Positions 28,323-37,825 of a DNA stretch of 64,000 bases are shown piece by piece (positions within the stretch are counted from its first letter, which is position 1; every line of letters starts with the position of its first letter). A program made the translations under genes and the position numbers. The stretch is from Armatimonas sp. GTDB lineage: Bacteria; Armatimonadota; Armatimonadia; Armatimonadales; Armatimonadaceae. The notes below the pieces were generated by a model that ran no database searches, was not told the DNA's origin, and saw nothing but the letters and a program-made list of their open reading frames with translations. Location of the stretch: positions 199,282-263,281 of the forward strand of contig JASGJG010000001.1 in assembly GCA_049840835.1 (NCBI GenBank). The letters are read 5' to 3'.

Positions 28323-28421
28323 TTGACAGGTGGGTTTGCGTCGGCTACAATTCCTCTCGGGCCGGTGCACTGTTGCGCCGTTGTTTCGGGCCGCATGGAG
28401 GCGGACGCGAAAGGACGAATA

Positions 28422-29455
28422 TGGCGAAAGCGAAACTGGAATATATCTGGCTAGACGGCTATCAGCCGATGCAGAGCCTGCGCAGCAAGACGAAGATTGA
28501 GTCGGATTTTTCGGGCAAGCTGGAAGACTGCGAGATGTGGAGCTTCGATGGCTCCTCGACCGAGCAGGCTCCCGGTGGCTCGTCGGACTGTCAGCTCAAG
28601 CCGGTCTTCATCTGCCCCGATCCCGAGCGCTCCAAGCTGGGCACCCCCGCCTATCTTGTTATGTGCGAGGTTCTGGATGCGTATGGTATGCCGCACCGGT
28701 CTAATGGCCGCGCAACTATTGACGACGACGATAACGATTTCTGGTTCGGCTTCGAGCAGGAGTACTTCCTGTACGATGGCGCGAGCAACAAGCCCCTCGG
28801 CTTCCCCGAGCGCGGCTACCCGGCTCCTCAGGGGCCTTACTACTGCTCCGTGGGTGCGCGTAATGCCTTTGGCCGCACCATTGTTGAGGAGCATCTGGAG
28901 CAGTGCCTGCAGGCTGGCCTGAACGTTGAGGGTATCAACGCCGAGGTCGCCACAGGCCAGTGGGAGTTCCAGATCTTCTCCAAGGGGGCCAAGGAAGCCG
29001 GCGACCAGATCTGGGTGGCTCGCTACCTGCTAGAGCGCATCGGCGAGGAGCACGATGTCTGGGTGAACTGGCACTGCAAGCCGCTAGGCGATACGGACTG
29101 GAACGGTAGTGGTATGCACGCCAATTTCTCCAACACCGCCCTGCGCACTGCGGGAGACAAGTCTGTCTTCGATAAGATCTGCTCCGCCTTCGCGCCACCA
29201 GAGATTATCGCTGCCCATATCGAGGTCTATGGCCCCGATAACCACATGCGTCTGACCGGTAAGCACGAGACCCAGTCTATCGACAAGTTCTCTTACGGCA
29301 TCTCTGACCGTGGCGCTTCTATCCGTATCCCCATCGGTGCGGTTCAGAAGGGCTGGAAGGGCTGGCTGGAAGATCGCCGACCGAACTCTGCCGCCGACCC
29401 CTACAAGGTGGCCGCGCGAATTGTTCAGACTGTCAAGCTGGCCGACCTCAAGTAA
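28422..29455 (+). CDS. glnII: glutamine synthetase, type II (eukaryote-like GSII)
   Basis: 344 aa from MAKAKLEYIWLDG; FDGSST, GFEQEYFL, NWNGSGMHANFS, ASIRIP blocks of GSII; upstream part of ORF track (from 28217) is non-coding leader. Confidence 0.85.
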
Positions 29456-29471
29456 GGTAGGCTATCGCAGC

Positions 29472-29503
29472 AAAAAGCCCCCGCAAATGTGGGGGCTTTT
29501 GTT
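29472..29503. terminator. bidirectional Rho-independent terminator between convergent genes
   Basis: aaaaagcccccgcaaatgtgggggcttttgtt. Confidence 0.75.
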
Positions 29504-29515
29504 ATTGGTGCTTAG

Positions 29516-29788
29516 CTAGGAATGGCTCTGGTGGTCGTCGATTTTTATTTCGAACTGCAGGGTCAGCCTGCCATTTTCCGCGCTGACTCTGGCTCGCTTC
29601 ACATAGGGAATCAGGGCATTGGCGTCTACCTGGGGGCGATCCGGGGACCGTTCCGGCACGCCATGTTCCAGAGTTTCCGTAATGACCTCATTGATAAGGT
29701 CCTGGCCAATCGGTATCGTGCCGCTCAGCTCCAGACCCGCCAGCTCCTGTAATCCGCCCGCTAAGGCTTTCTCAATCAGCTCTTTCAT
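29516..29788 (-). CDS. hypothetical protein
   Basis: 90 aa, coupled to upstream 188-aa ORF. Confidence 0.4.
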   Translation of the reverse strand: MKELIEKALAGGLQELAGLELSGTIPIGQDLINEVITETLEHGVPERSPDRPQVDANALIPYVKRARVSAENGRLTLQFEIKIDDHQSHS

Positions 29789-29791
29789 GTT

Positions 29792-30358
29792 TTAAATCTT
29801 CTTCTCCGGAAGGGATAGCGCGAAATCTACCCAGAGTACACCGCGCGCGCCGCGAAGCTCCAATCGGGTAATGAATCCCATCAGCTCGTCAAGGCCCTGT
29901 TCTTTCAGTAGCGTGCCAAGCGCTATGTTCACATGCCGACCCTCCGCGCGTATGCCACTATTTTTTAGCGAGCCGACGATCAACGGGATCGCGGTTCCGA
30001 GCAGGCCGGTGGCTTCGTGGGTCAGACGCAAAATAGGGCCGCCGGGCACGCCTGTCTCTACCTTCGGATCCCAGATAAAGGGAATCTCAATCAGCTTGGG
30101 CAGAGGCCACTGCTCCAGGGAGACCAACAAGGTACCCCGCGTAGTGTCTTGGATCGCCAGGGCGATGCCTTTTACCGGTGATGCATCGTCTTCGGGCTTA
30201 CCCTCGCGTAGCGCCTGGTTGAGCCACTCGCCCGGAACGGGGATTCGCCCGGTAAGAGAGAGACCTCTCAGGTTCGAAAAGCCACGAGAGCGTTCACGTT
30301 CAAAAATCTGCTTCAAATACGGGGGCGACGGCATGCGTCCCATTGTACCGCGCAACAA
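29792..30358 (-). CDS. hypothetical protein
   Basis: 188 aa ORF; no family recognised. Confidence 0.45.
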   Translation of the reverse strand: MLRGTMGRMPSPPYLKQIFERERSRGFSNLRGLSLTGRIPVPGEWLNQALREGKPEDDASPVKGIALAIQDTTRGTLLVSLEQWPLPKLIEIPFIWDPKVETGVPGGPILRLTHEATGLLGTAIPLIVGSLKNSGIRAEGRHVNIALGTLLKEQGLDELMGFITRLELRGARGVLWVDFALSLPEKKI

Positions 30359-30408
30359 AATGGCTAGTTAAGGGTCTCTTAGACAAGAACTAAGAAAGGA
30401 GGACGCCA

Positions 30409-31035
30409 ATGAATCTGTTGCGCTGGGAGTGGCTCATTTTTCTGGTTCCACTGGGGCTTGGAATCCTGATTGCGCTCTCGGCTGTGGTTGGTGTGGGAGG
30501 AGAGCACGATGCTGACACAGACCATGCTCTGGAAATGGACCACGATGGTGGGTCCGACCTGGATCACAATGGCGATGGTCATGTTTCCTTTCTAGAGTGG
30601 ATGGGAGTCGGTGCTGCTCCGCTCTCTCTGGTGGGCTTGAGCTTTTTACTGCTCTTTGCTGTGGTCGGGTTACTGGGCAACCTAGCCTGGGGCATAGAGC
30701 GGGTCTGGTTTTCCCTAGGGCTGGCTACCGTAGTTACCACAGTGGGTACACGGTATCTCGCAAAAGGGCTGGCTCGGCTGGCCCCAGCTACAGAGACTCA
30801 CTCCGTGGCTCGGCATGAGCTAATTGGCTGCGAAGGAGTGGCTATCTACCCCATTACTGCTACATCGGGCACGGCGCGGCTCTATGACCGATTGAAAAAC
30901 CTGCGCCAGCTCGATTGCCGAACCTTCACGGGAGACGACGACATCCCGGAAGGCGCCAGAATCACTGTCGTCGATTATGACACCGAGCGGCAGGTCTTCA
31001 CCGTACGTCGCCCGGAGAGTGTTTTTAAAAACTAA
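30409..31035 (+). CDS. NfeD-like membrane protein (partner of SPFH/flotillin)
   Basis: N-terminal His/Asp-rich segment and TM helices, C-terminal OB-fold-like beta region; immediately precedes flotillin gene as in canonical nfeD-floT operons. Confidence 0.6.
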   Translation: MNLLRWEWLIFLVPLGLGILIALSAVVGVGGEHDADTDHALEMDHDGGSDLDHNGDGHVSFLEWMGVGAAPLSLVGLSFLLLFAVVGLLGNLAWGIERVWFSLGLATVVTTVGTRYLAKGLARLAPATETHSVARHELIGCEGVAIYPITATSGTARLYDRLKNLRQLDCRTFTGDDDIPEGARITVVDYDTERQVFTVRRPESVFKN

Positions 31036-31051
31036 GTAAGGAGGACTAACA

Positions 31052-32950
31052 ATGAAAGAGAACACGGGATTGGCTGGAGGGCTGATTGCCGGTGTACTGG
31101 TGGGAGTGGCGATGATGGTTGGGCCCTTCTTCGCCCCGATTGACCGTATTGCGCAGATGGTGCTGCTGACCTTTGGCGCTATCACCGCCGCAATCTGTGC
31201 GACCCTGGCTGTGTACTCCAAGCTCTATGTACGCACCCGCCCCGATGAAGCCTTCGTGCGAACTGGTGGCGGGGGAGCGAAAGTGTTGATAGATGGTGGC
31301 GCCATGGTCTGGCCTATTGTCCACCAGGTAAAGCGAGTCCCCCTGCGTACCCTGAAGCTAGAAGTCGAGCGAAAGGGCACCGAAGCGCTGATTACCTCAG
31401 ACTTCCTGCGTGTGGATGTGAAAGCGGCGTTCTTTGTGCGAGTCGCTAAAGAAACAGAGGCGATTCAAACAGCGGCCTCTACTCTGCCGGATGCCTTTAC
31501 TGGCACCCATGCCATTCAAGACCTGGTTCAGGAAAAGCTGGTCTCCGCGCTCCGCACCGTTGCGGCGCAACAGACCCTGAACGACCTGAATACCCGCCGC
31601 AATGAGTTCGCGGCCAGGGTGCAGGAAATGGTGACCCATGACCTCGCCGCCAACGGCCTGACACTGGAGTCAGTAACTATCTCCAACCTGGACCAGGCGC
31701 CTCTAGAAAGCCTGAGACCCGACCAGAACGTGTTCGATGCTCAGGGTGCACGCACCATCTCGCAGATGGTAGCCGAGGAGAGTGTCCGGCGCAACGATAT
31801 TGAACGCACCGCACAGCGACAGAAGAAAGAGCAGGATGTCGCGGCGGCCAAGTACATCGCCGAACGCGAAGTAGAAGAGGCCAATGCCCGTGCTGAGGCC
31901 GAGAAGAACAAGCAGATAGCTCAGGCTGCCGCACAGCGCGCCGCCGCAGAAGCCATTGCTCAGGCAGATGCCGAGCGCAAGATAGCCGAGGCCAAGGCCC
32001 GCCAGTCCGCCGAGTCCACCGAAGCCGAAGAGCGGCGAAAAGCCGAAGTTGCCAAAGCGGCTTCTGAGCAGGCGATTCAAGTTGCCGAAGTCGAAAAACA
32101 GAAGGCGGTAGAGCTAGCCAACCAGGAGAAAGAGAAAGTCTCTCAGGTAGCAGGTGTAGAGCGCGAAAAAGAAGTGTCTGTGCGAGAGCAGGAGCGCGCC
32201 GCTGCGATTGCTGCCGCCGAGCAGGCTCGCGCCAAGGCCGAAGCCGAGAAGCTGGCCGCGGAGAACGCCCGAGAGGCCGCCGCGCAGGCGGTAGAGACCA
32301 CCCGCGTGGTTGCCGAGTCTGAGCGGCGCAAGCGCCAGGAGATTATCCAGAAGGAGACCGAGGCCGAGCGGCTCAAGCTGGAGCAAGCTGCCAAGTCCGA
32401 TGCAGATGCCTATGCCCGGCAGAAATCGGCAGAAGCAGATCAAATAGCCGCCGTGAAAATGGCGGAGGCCATGCTCTTGAAAGCGAAAGCCGAAAAAGAA
32501 GCCAAGGAGCTGGCTGCTGCGGGTGATAAAGCCGCGCAAATGGTGCCGGTTATTGTAGAGGCCGAGCGGGTTATCATCGAGCGGCAACGGGTAGAGGTGC
32601 TTCAGGCCGAGCTGGAAGCCAAGAGCGCCCATGCCAGTGTCTCTGTACAGGTCGAAATAGCCAAGGCTGTTATCGAGGCCGAGAAAGACTCACGCGTAGC
32701 AGCAGCACAGGCCATGGGCCAGGCACTCTCGAGCGCCAATATGACCGTCTGGGGCGATCCGGAGTCCGTGAAAAAGATCAGCGACTCGTTTCTCAGGGGC
32801 CAACAGGTCGGTACTCTCTTAGATGGTGTAGCATCGAATCTGCCGGATTCGGTACGCGGGCTGGTAGAGTCGGCGCTGGGGAAACTCACCGAAGTGACTG
32901 AGGCTGCCAAACCGAAGGAGCCAAAAGAGTCGGAAAAGAAGGCTGCCTAG
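31052..32950 (+). CDS. flotillin-like SPFH/band-7 domain protein with long Ala/Glu-rich coiled coil
   Basis: 632 aa; N-terminal TM hairpin, SPFH core (..KVLIDGGAMVWPIVHQVKRVPLRTLKLEVE..), extended EA-repeat coiled-coil. Confidence 0.85.
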   Translation: MKENTGLAGGLIAGVLVGVAMMVGPFFAPIDRIAQMVLLTFGAITAAICATLAVYSKLYVRTRPDEAFVRTGGGGAKVLIDGGAMVWPIVHQVKRVPLRTLKLEVERKGTEALITSDFLRVDVKAAFFVRVAKETEAIQTAASTLPDAFTGTHAIQDLVQEKLVSALRTVAAQQTLNDLNTRRNEFAARVQEMVTHDLAANGLTLESVTISNLDQAPLESLRPDQNVFDAQGARTISQMVAEESVRRNDIERTAQRQKKEQDVAAAKYIAEREVEEANARAEAEKNKQIAQAAAQRAAAEAIAQADAERKIAEAKARQSAESTEAEERRKAEVAKAASEQAIQVAEVEKQKAVELANQEKEKVSQVAGVEREKEVSVREQERAAAIAAAEQARAKAEAEKLAAENAREAAAQAVETTRVVAESERRKRQEIIQKETEAERLKLEQAAKSDADAYARQKSAEADQIAAVKMAEAMLLKAKAEKEAKELAAAGDKAAQMVPVIVEAERVIIERQRVEVLQAELEAKSAHASVSVQVEIAKAVIEAEKDSRVAAAQAMGQALSSANMTVWGDPESVKKISDSFLRGQQVGTLLDGVASNLPDSVRGLVESALGKLTEVTEAAKPKEPKESEKKAA

Positions 32951-32959
32951 TTAGGGAAA

Positions 32960-32997
32960 ATTTACCACCCGAGAGTCTCTCGGGTGGTAAATTTTTT
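32960..32997 (+). terminator. Rho-independent terminator
   Basis: ttaccacccgagagtctctcgggtggtaaatttttt. Confidence 0.75.
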
Positions 32998-33029
32998 GCC
33001 TCGGAAATTAATTGGAACAGTTTGAATAG

Positions 33030-33572
33030 GTGGGGCGTCTGTGGAAGGGCAATAGTTGCGGTTGCGCAAATGTTGCTAAATCGGTATCTTATATGGTATC
33101 TCGAACAGTAGGTTTCTCATCCGTGCCGACGCATTACCAGGGGTCTGAAGCTGAGCGACGCGCGCTTGACATCTACATCAAGCTGCTGCGTGCTGCAGAC
33201 TCTATTGCCTCCCATGCCCTCTCCTCCGTTCAGGAGTTGGGCCTTACCGTCACTCAGTTTGGTGTCCTGGAAGCCCTGTGGCATCTAGGACCTCTAACTC
33301 TCTCCGAGCTGGCCAATAAACATCTTAAGAGCGCCAACAACCTCACTGTGGTTGTAGACAATCTGGAAAAGATGAACCTGGCCCGCCGGGAGCGTAGCAC
33401 TACCGACCGCCGGGTTATCTATGTGCATCTCACCGAAGATGGTGAGGCACTTATCCGGCAAGCGTTTCCTCCCCATGTGGAAGCGGTTGTACAGCTAGTC
33501 TCTGTCCTCACCGAAGAGGAACAGGATACGCTCTCTGTCCTCTTGCGCCGCCTCGGTAAGCAAGAGCGCTGA
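33030..33572 (+). CDS. MarR-family transcriptional regulator
   Basis: winged-helix region LTVTQFGVLEALWHLGPLTLSELANKHLKSANNLTVVVDNLEKMNLARRERSTTDRRVIYVHLTEDGE. Confidence 0.8.
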   Translation: MGRLWKGNSCGCANVAKSVSYMVSRTVGFSSVPTHYQGSEAERRALDIYIKLLRAADSIASHALSSVQELGLTVTQFGVLEALWHLGPLTLSELANKHLKSANNLTVVVDNLEKMNLARRERSTTDRRVIYVHLTEDGEALIRQAFPPHVEAVVQLVSVLTEEEQDTLSVLLRRLGKQER

Positions 33573-33583
33573 ATTCAAAAAAT

Positions 33584-33628
33584 AAAAACAGGCATGGTGT
33601 CGTTCACGAACACCATGCCTGTTTTGTC
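33584..33628 (+). terminator. Rho-independent terminator
   Basis: aaacaggcatggtgtcgttcacgaacaccatgcctgtttt. Confidence 0.75.
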
Positions 33629-33680
33629 TGTTCTGGCATCGGACAAAGGAAAGTCGAAAGACATTCTGAAATAGCCTTTT

Positions 33681-34910
33681 ATGTCTTTCGAGAAAGTCAG
33701 GATTGGCGTGGTTGGGTGCGGAGTGGTGGCAACAGCGTACTACCTGCCCTATATTCTGCGGCAAAGCGACATAGAGCTGGTGGCTGTCTGTGATACCAAT
33801 TCTCGGCGTACCGCAGCCTGCCAGCGGCTTTTCGGTGCCAAGCAGCAATACACAGACTACTTTGCTATGCTGGAAAAGGCTGAGCTAGATGCGGTCTTTA
33901 TCCTGACCGGACCGGGTACTCATGCTAAGTTCGCGCTGGCAGCAGCCGAACGCAATCTCCACTTCCTGCTACAAAAGCCCATGGCTCTGACTATGGCTGA
34001 TACCAACGCCATAGTAGATGCTGTGCGGAAGCACGGCGTAAAGGCCCTGATAGAGCCAAGCAGCAGTACCGCTCTGGAGCCGCACTATCAGCGTATTCGA
34101 CAACTAGTGCTAGAAGGAGCGCTGGGCAATCCATACTGGTTTACCTGGATGCCGGGGGTAGCGAACGGTCCGCACCCTTCTCTGGGAGGCAATCCCTATG
34201 GGGTAGGAGCGTTTTACGCGAAAGACTCTGGGGGAATGCTCCTAGACTTTCCCTACGCTCCTGTACAGATAGCCTCAGTACTCGGCTCCTGCAAGAAAGT
34301 CTCTGGCATGGCGAAAATCTCCATCCCGGATCGCCATATCGTGCCTGAGGACGAGTACGATACGTTCTTAGAAAGCGTAACCGATCCAGAGGACGCCAAC
34401 TACTGGCGCGTGGTCGTGGACCTGCCGAAGACTCAGCCTGTACAGATGGAGGCTGAAGACAACAGCTTCAGCCTGTATGAAATGGATAACGGCTGCATTG
34501 GTGCCTTCCACATTGCCCGTGCCATGCACCCCATGCCGCCGGGCGTAAACAACGGTGGCTTCCGTATCTTCGGCACCGAAGGCAATTTAGTGCTCGGAGG
34601 TACGGGCCACGCCGCCTCGCTCTATACCACCCGCAAAGACCTGAGGCTGGAGACGGATGAGAACGGCTGGCACCATATCTCGGATGGGCGGACCTACGGC
34701 AGAGCGCCCTGGCCGATTCCACCACCGGGTGCCTTCAATTATTACCACGAATCTACCCGGCACCTGATCGACTGCATTAAAGAGGACAGGGACCCGCTTA
34801 TGAACGTGGAGTGGGGCCGCCACATCAACGAAATGATGCTTGGCTCCCTACTCTCCGCCCACGAAGGTATTACCTACGAAATGACCTCTACTCTGACCGG
34901 GCTACGTTAG
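33681..34910 (+). CDS. Gfo/Idh/MocA-family NAD(P)-dependent oxidoreductase
   Basis: 409 aa; N-terminal Rossmann IGVVGCGVVATAYYLP..VAVCD. Confidence 0.85.
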   Translation: MSFEKVRIGVVGCGVVATAYYLPYILRQSDIELVAVCDTNSRRTAACQRLFGAKQQYTDYFAMLEKAELDAVFILTGPGTHAKFALAAAERNLHFLLQKPMALTMADTNAIVDAVRKHGVKALIEPSSSTALEPHYQRIRQLVLEGALGNPYWFTWMPGVANGPHPSLGGNPYGVGAFYAKDSGGMLLDFPYAPVQIASVLGSCKKVSGMAKISIPDRHIVPEDEYDTFLESVTDPEDANYWRVVVDLPKTQPVQMEAEDNSFSLYEMDNGCIGAFHIARAMHPMPPGVNNGGFRIFGTEGNLVLGGTGHAASLYTTRKDLRLETDENGWHHISDGRTYGRAPWPIPPPGAFNYYHESTRHLIDCIKEDRDPLMNVEWGRHINEMMLGSLLSAHEGITYEMTSTLTGLR

Positions 34911-35881
34911 ATACCCTGGAAGGGGTGTGCCCCGGCGGACTTGGCCACGTGGCGCAGCAGGGTTGCCAGAGTCTCTTCGCGATCCACGCCGGAGAGGGCG
35001 AGAGCCATCTGGGTTTCTATGTAGCCTGCAGGCACACCCATATCCAGGCGCTGGCCCACAGTTTCCACGGCCACGTAGCGCTCACGGGTGCGCAGAAGCT
35101 CCTGGCTGCTGGTAAGCTGAATCTCACCCTTCTCACGCCAGTTGTTCACAATGTGCTCTTCCAGGCAATCAAAGATGGCGGGCGGGAAGACATGCATGCC
35201 GAAGAAGCACAGATAGTAGCCGCGCTTTACACCGGGGGTTTGCAGGTGCTCTGCCGCGAACTCGATACTGGGCTTCTCTACAATTTTCTCCACAGCGTAG
35301 GTCGGCGGTGCACCTGTGCCGAGTCGATTTCCCGCGACTGTACCGAAGAGATGCAAATCATCATCTGGGGTCTGCTGCACGGCGCTCACGGCGCACTGCA
35401 CAAGAGCGTAGGTATCGATTACCTGGCGGGCGCAACGGGTCTCGGTGCCAGAGATATAGACATGGTCGCCCAGCAGCAGAAGGAACGGTTCATCGCCCAC
35501 GAACTCCTTGGCCTGAAACACCGCATGGCCATAGCCCTCCGGTGAGGGCTGTTCCACATAGGTGATGCTTTCAGAAATACGCTCCAGCATTTCCGCCTGC
35601 TTGATCGCCCATTCTTTACCCTTGAAACTGGCTAGCTCATCTTGAGCGAGTTTCGAGAAGTGCTCTCGAAAGCGCTCTTCGCCAACACCCTTTTCTACAA
35701 TCACGCAGATGTCTTCGATGCCGCTTTCCAGGCACTCTTCGAAGATAATCTGAATAGTGGGCTTGGAGATGCCGTCTCTGTCGACCAGAGGCATCAGCTC
35801 TTTCTGGAGAGCACGAGTCGCGGGGAACTGCCGTGTTCCACGACCTGCTGCGGTAACAACAGCCTTGCGAACGGTTTTCAT
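34907..35881 (-). CDS. sugar-1-phosphate nucleotidyltransferase (UTP--glucose-1-phosphate uridylyltransferase-like)
   Basis: 324 aa; N-terminal KAVVTAAGRGTRQFPATRALQKEL nucleotide-binding motif of GalU/GlmU-type transferases. Confidence 0.7.
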   Translation of the reverse strand: MKTVRKAVVTAAGRGTRQFPATRALQKELMPLVDRDGISKPTIQIIFEECLESGIEDICVIVEKGVGEERFREHFSKLAQDELASFKGKEWAIKQAEMLERISESITYVEQPSPEGYGHAVFQAKEFVGDEPFLLLLGDHVYISGTETRCARQVIDTYALVQCAVSAVQQTPDDDLHLFGTVAGNRLGTGAPPTYAVEKIVEKPSIEFAAEHLQTPGVKRGYYLCFFGMHVFPPAIFDCLEEHIVNNWREKGEIQLTSSQELLRTRERYVAVETVGQRLDMGVPAGYIETQMALALSGVDREETLATLLRHVAKSAGAHPFQGI

Positions 35882-36881
35882 AGCTTCCTCAGCAGAGCCA
35901 GAAGCTCCGGCTCAATGATGTTTTTTAGAGTGGCGTTGGCATAGCCGCACCAGGCCACATCGGCGCGAATATCCAGCGGGGCAGAGAGCGGCTGGCCCTT
36001 CTCGTCGGTTATAAACACGCCTGCTTCACGAGCGATTAGCTCCACACAGATGTCATACGGATGGCAGACAAGTTTCTTGGGTAGGCCCAGCTTCTCAAAG
36101 AAGATAGGGCGCAGGTCGGCCAGGAACCGGTCATGACCGACTAAGAGCTCGTAGATCTGTCCGCCCGTGGAGATGTACTCATCATCGAACACAAGTGGGT
36201 TCTCTCCCGCGTCATCGGGCATCACGCGCGCCAGAAGCTCCTCTTCAAACGCCGCCGTGGCCGCCTTGGCCGGGGGAAGAACTTGGCGATAGAGGCGAAA
36301 CCATGCGCCAAGTTGGGCGACTGTGAGGGGCGCAGGGGAACAGAGGTAATCTCGCCTGTAGCCAGGTCCTGAGTATCCCGGTGGGCGCCGCTGCCCTTAG
36401 TGGCCCAGAGAATGTCTCCCACACGGTGCCGAGTAGTGGGTAGCTCGGTCATCACGGCAGCCTCAATGTCTGCCAGAGTGGTTTCGCGGCCCTTGTTGGG
36501 AGCTATACCGGTTAGAATCCAGGCGCTCCGCTTGTCGTACATGATGTTGCGGGTCCCGTCTATGGGGTCCACCATCATCAGAAAGCTGGCGTCCTCTTCC
36601 TTCGCCCCCTCGGGGAAGACATGCCAGCCCGCGCCTTCGATACCTTCGGCAATCAGTGCCAGCGGTCCGATTTCCTTGGCCCACTCGGTGCAGAAGGCGT
36701 GCAGGATTTCATCGGCGTGGGCGTCAATAGTATAAATCGTGTCGCCACCGCGCACATCGGCTACCGAGGAGAGCGCCTCGCTGGCCTGCTCGCGAATGGC
36801 CTGAAGCAGTCCATCGCGCATAGAAATATGCAGCGTCCGGACCTTCTCAATGTAATAATTTAGCTCTCGGGTTAGGCTCAC
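35878..36881 (-). pseudogene. inositol monophosphatase-family gene split by a frameshift near 36222..36235
   Basis: ORF 36222..36881 carries the MMVDPIDGT metal-binding motif but ends in junk-like PRPRRPRRRLKR tail; ORF 35878..36225 carries the C-terminal ..HPYDICVELIAREAGVFITD.. block in another frame. Confidence 0.55.
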
Positions 36882-36940
36882 ATAGTCATTTTAACCCGGC
36901 TATTTCAGATTTCCACGGTTGGGTTGTGCTAAATATAGTC

Positions 36941-37612
36941 TTATTGTGTCAGCTTGCGCCGCGCCAGTAGCGTGCCCCCTGCAATGAAACCGGGACCGAG
37001 TAAAAGTCCCAAACCGGGCACCAGCGCGGCCAACCCGACAACCAACCCGAAGAGAACAGAAGGGCGATCCAACCGGGCAAACATCTCCCTGCGTTGCACC
37101 GGGAAGAGCTTGCCCCGGCGTAGATAGCCCACAGAACTATAGTCCAGCAAGCCAATGACACCAGCAATAGCGACGGCGGCGATAGTACCGACTACAGGGA
37201 TAAAGCCCAGCCCGAAGGCAAGTAGTCCGAGCAGTGCATTGAAGCCAAGGCGCTGAAGCGAATCGGCAAAAAGTGTCTTCCAGGGATAAGGACACGCCGG
37301 GGGGAACTCGCCCGAAACTTCTCGCTCCACTTCGCGGGAGAGCGGGTCGAAGATCACCCCGATAAAGGCGCTCATTACAACCACAGAGAGTAGCGCCAAC
37401 CCGACCAGCACGAGCAAGACGTAGAAAACTTGCCCCAGCGCATTCAGAAAAGCAATAGACTCCTGCCATTCGGTAAACGCAGCGGGTGGATGGGTGAGCA
37501 ACCACCAGGCAGCCAGCACATACAACCCCAGCCCTGCCAGAGTTGGGGCCATACACAGCGGCCACAGGCGCGGGCGGCTCAGCACTAGCCCGATTCCACG
37601 AAAAGCGTCCAC
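36941..37612 (-). CDS. membrane protein (CysZ/EI24-like topology), unknown function
   Basis: 223 aa, multiple TM helices. Confidence 0.4.
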   Translation of the reverse strand: MDAFRGIGLVLSRPRLWPLCMAPTLAGLGLYVLAAWWLLTHPPAAFTEWQESIAFLNALGQVFYVLLVLVGLALLSVVVMSAFIGVIFDPLSREVEREVSGEFPPACPYPWKTLFADSLQRLGFNALLGLLAFGLGFIPVVGTIAAVAIAGVIGLLDYSSVGYLRRGKLFPVQRREMFARLDRPSVLFGLVVGLAALVPGLGLLLGPGFIAGGTLLARRKLTQ

Positions 37613-37825
37613 GCTACATCAGACACATAGAGTGGCCTAAGGGTTACGCACTCTGTTTTCTAGCCCGCTGCCGGTAAATAATAGGTGTTTTCCTCTCGAA
37701 ATACTCTCCTGTAAAATCCAGATTCTACCCATAATTGTACGGACCGCGTCTCGCAAGTCAATTTCATAATTTCCCCTCGTGCTGTCTATTCTGCGGAAAA
37801 GAGAGCACTGGAAAAGCGGTTTGTA

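Noticed and set aside
28217-28421. N-terminal extension of the glutamine synthetase ORF in the track
   Set aside because: Conserved GSII N-terminus begins at MAKAKLEYIWLDG (28422). Upstream residues are non-conserved and overlap the preceding terminator.
31703-32632. Minus-strand ORFs (125 and 172 aa) rich in Gly/Leu
   Set aside because: Antisense to the Ala/Glu-repeat coiled-coil region of the flotillin gene.
37735-37825. Extended N-terminus of GGDEF sensor ORF
   Set aside because: Cys/Phe-rich junk-like segment. A better start is MASSTL at 37826, after an AT-rich promoter-like stretch.
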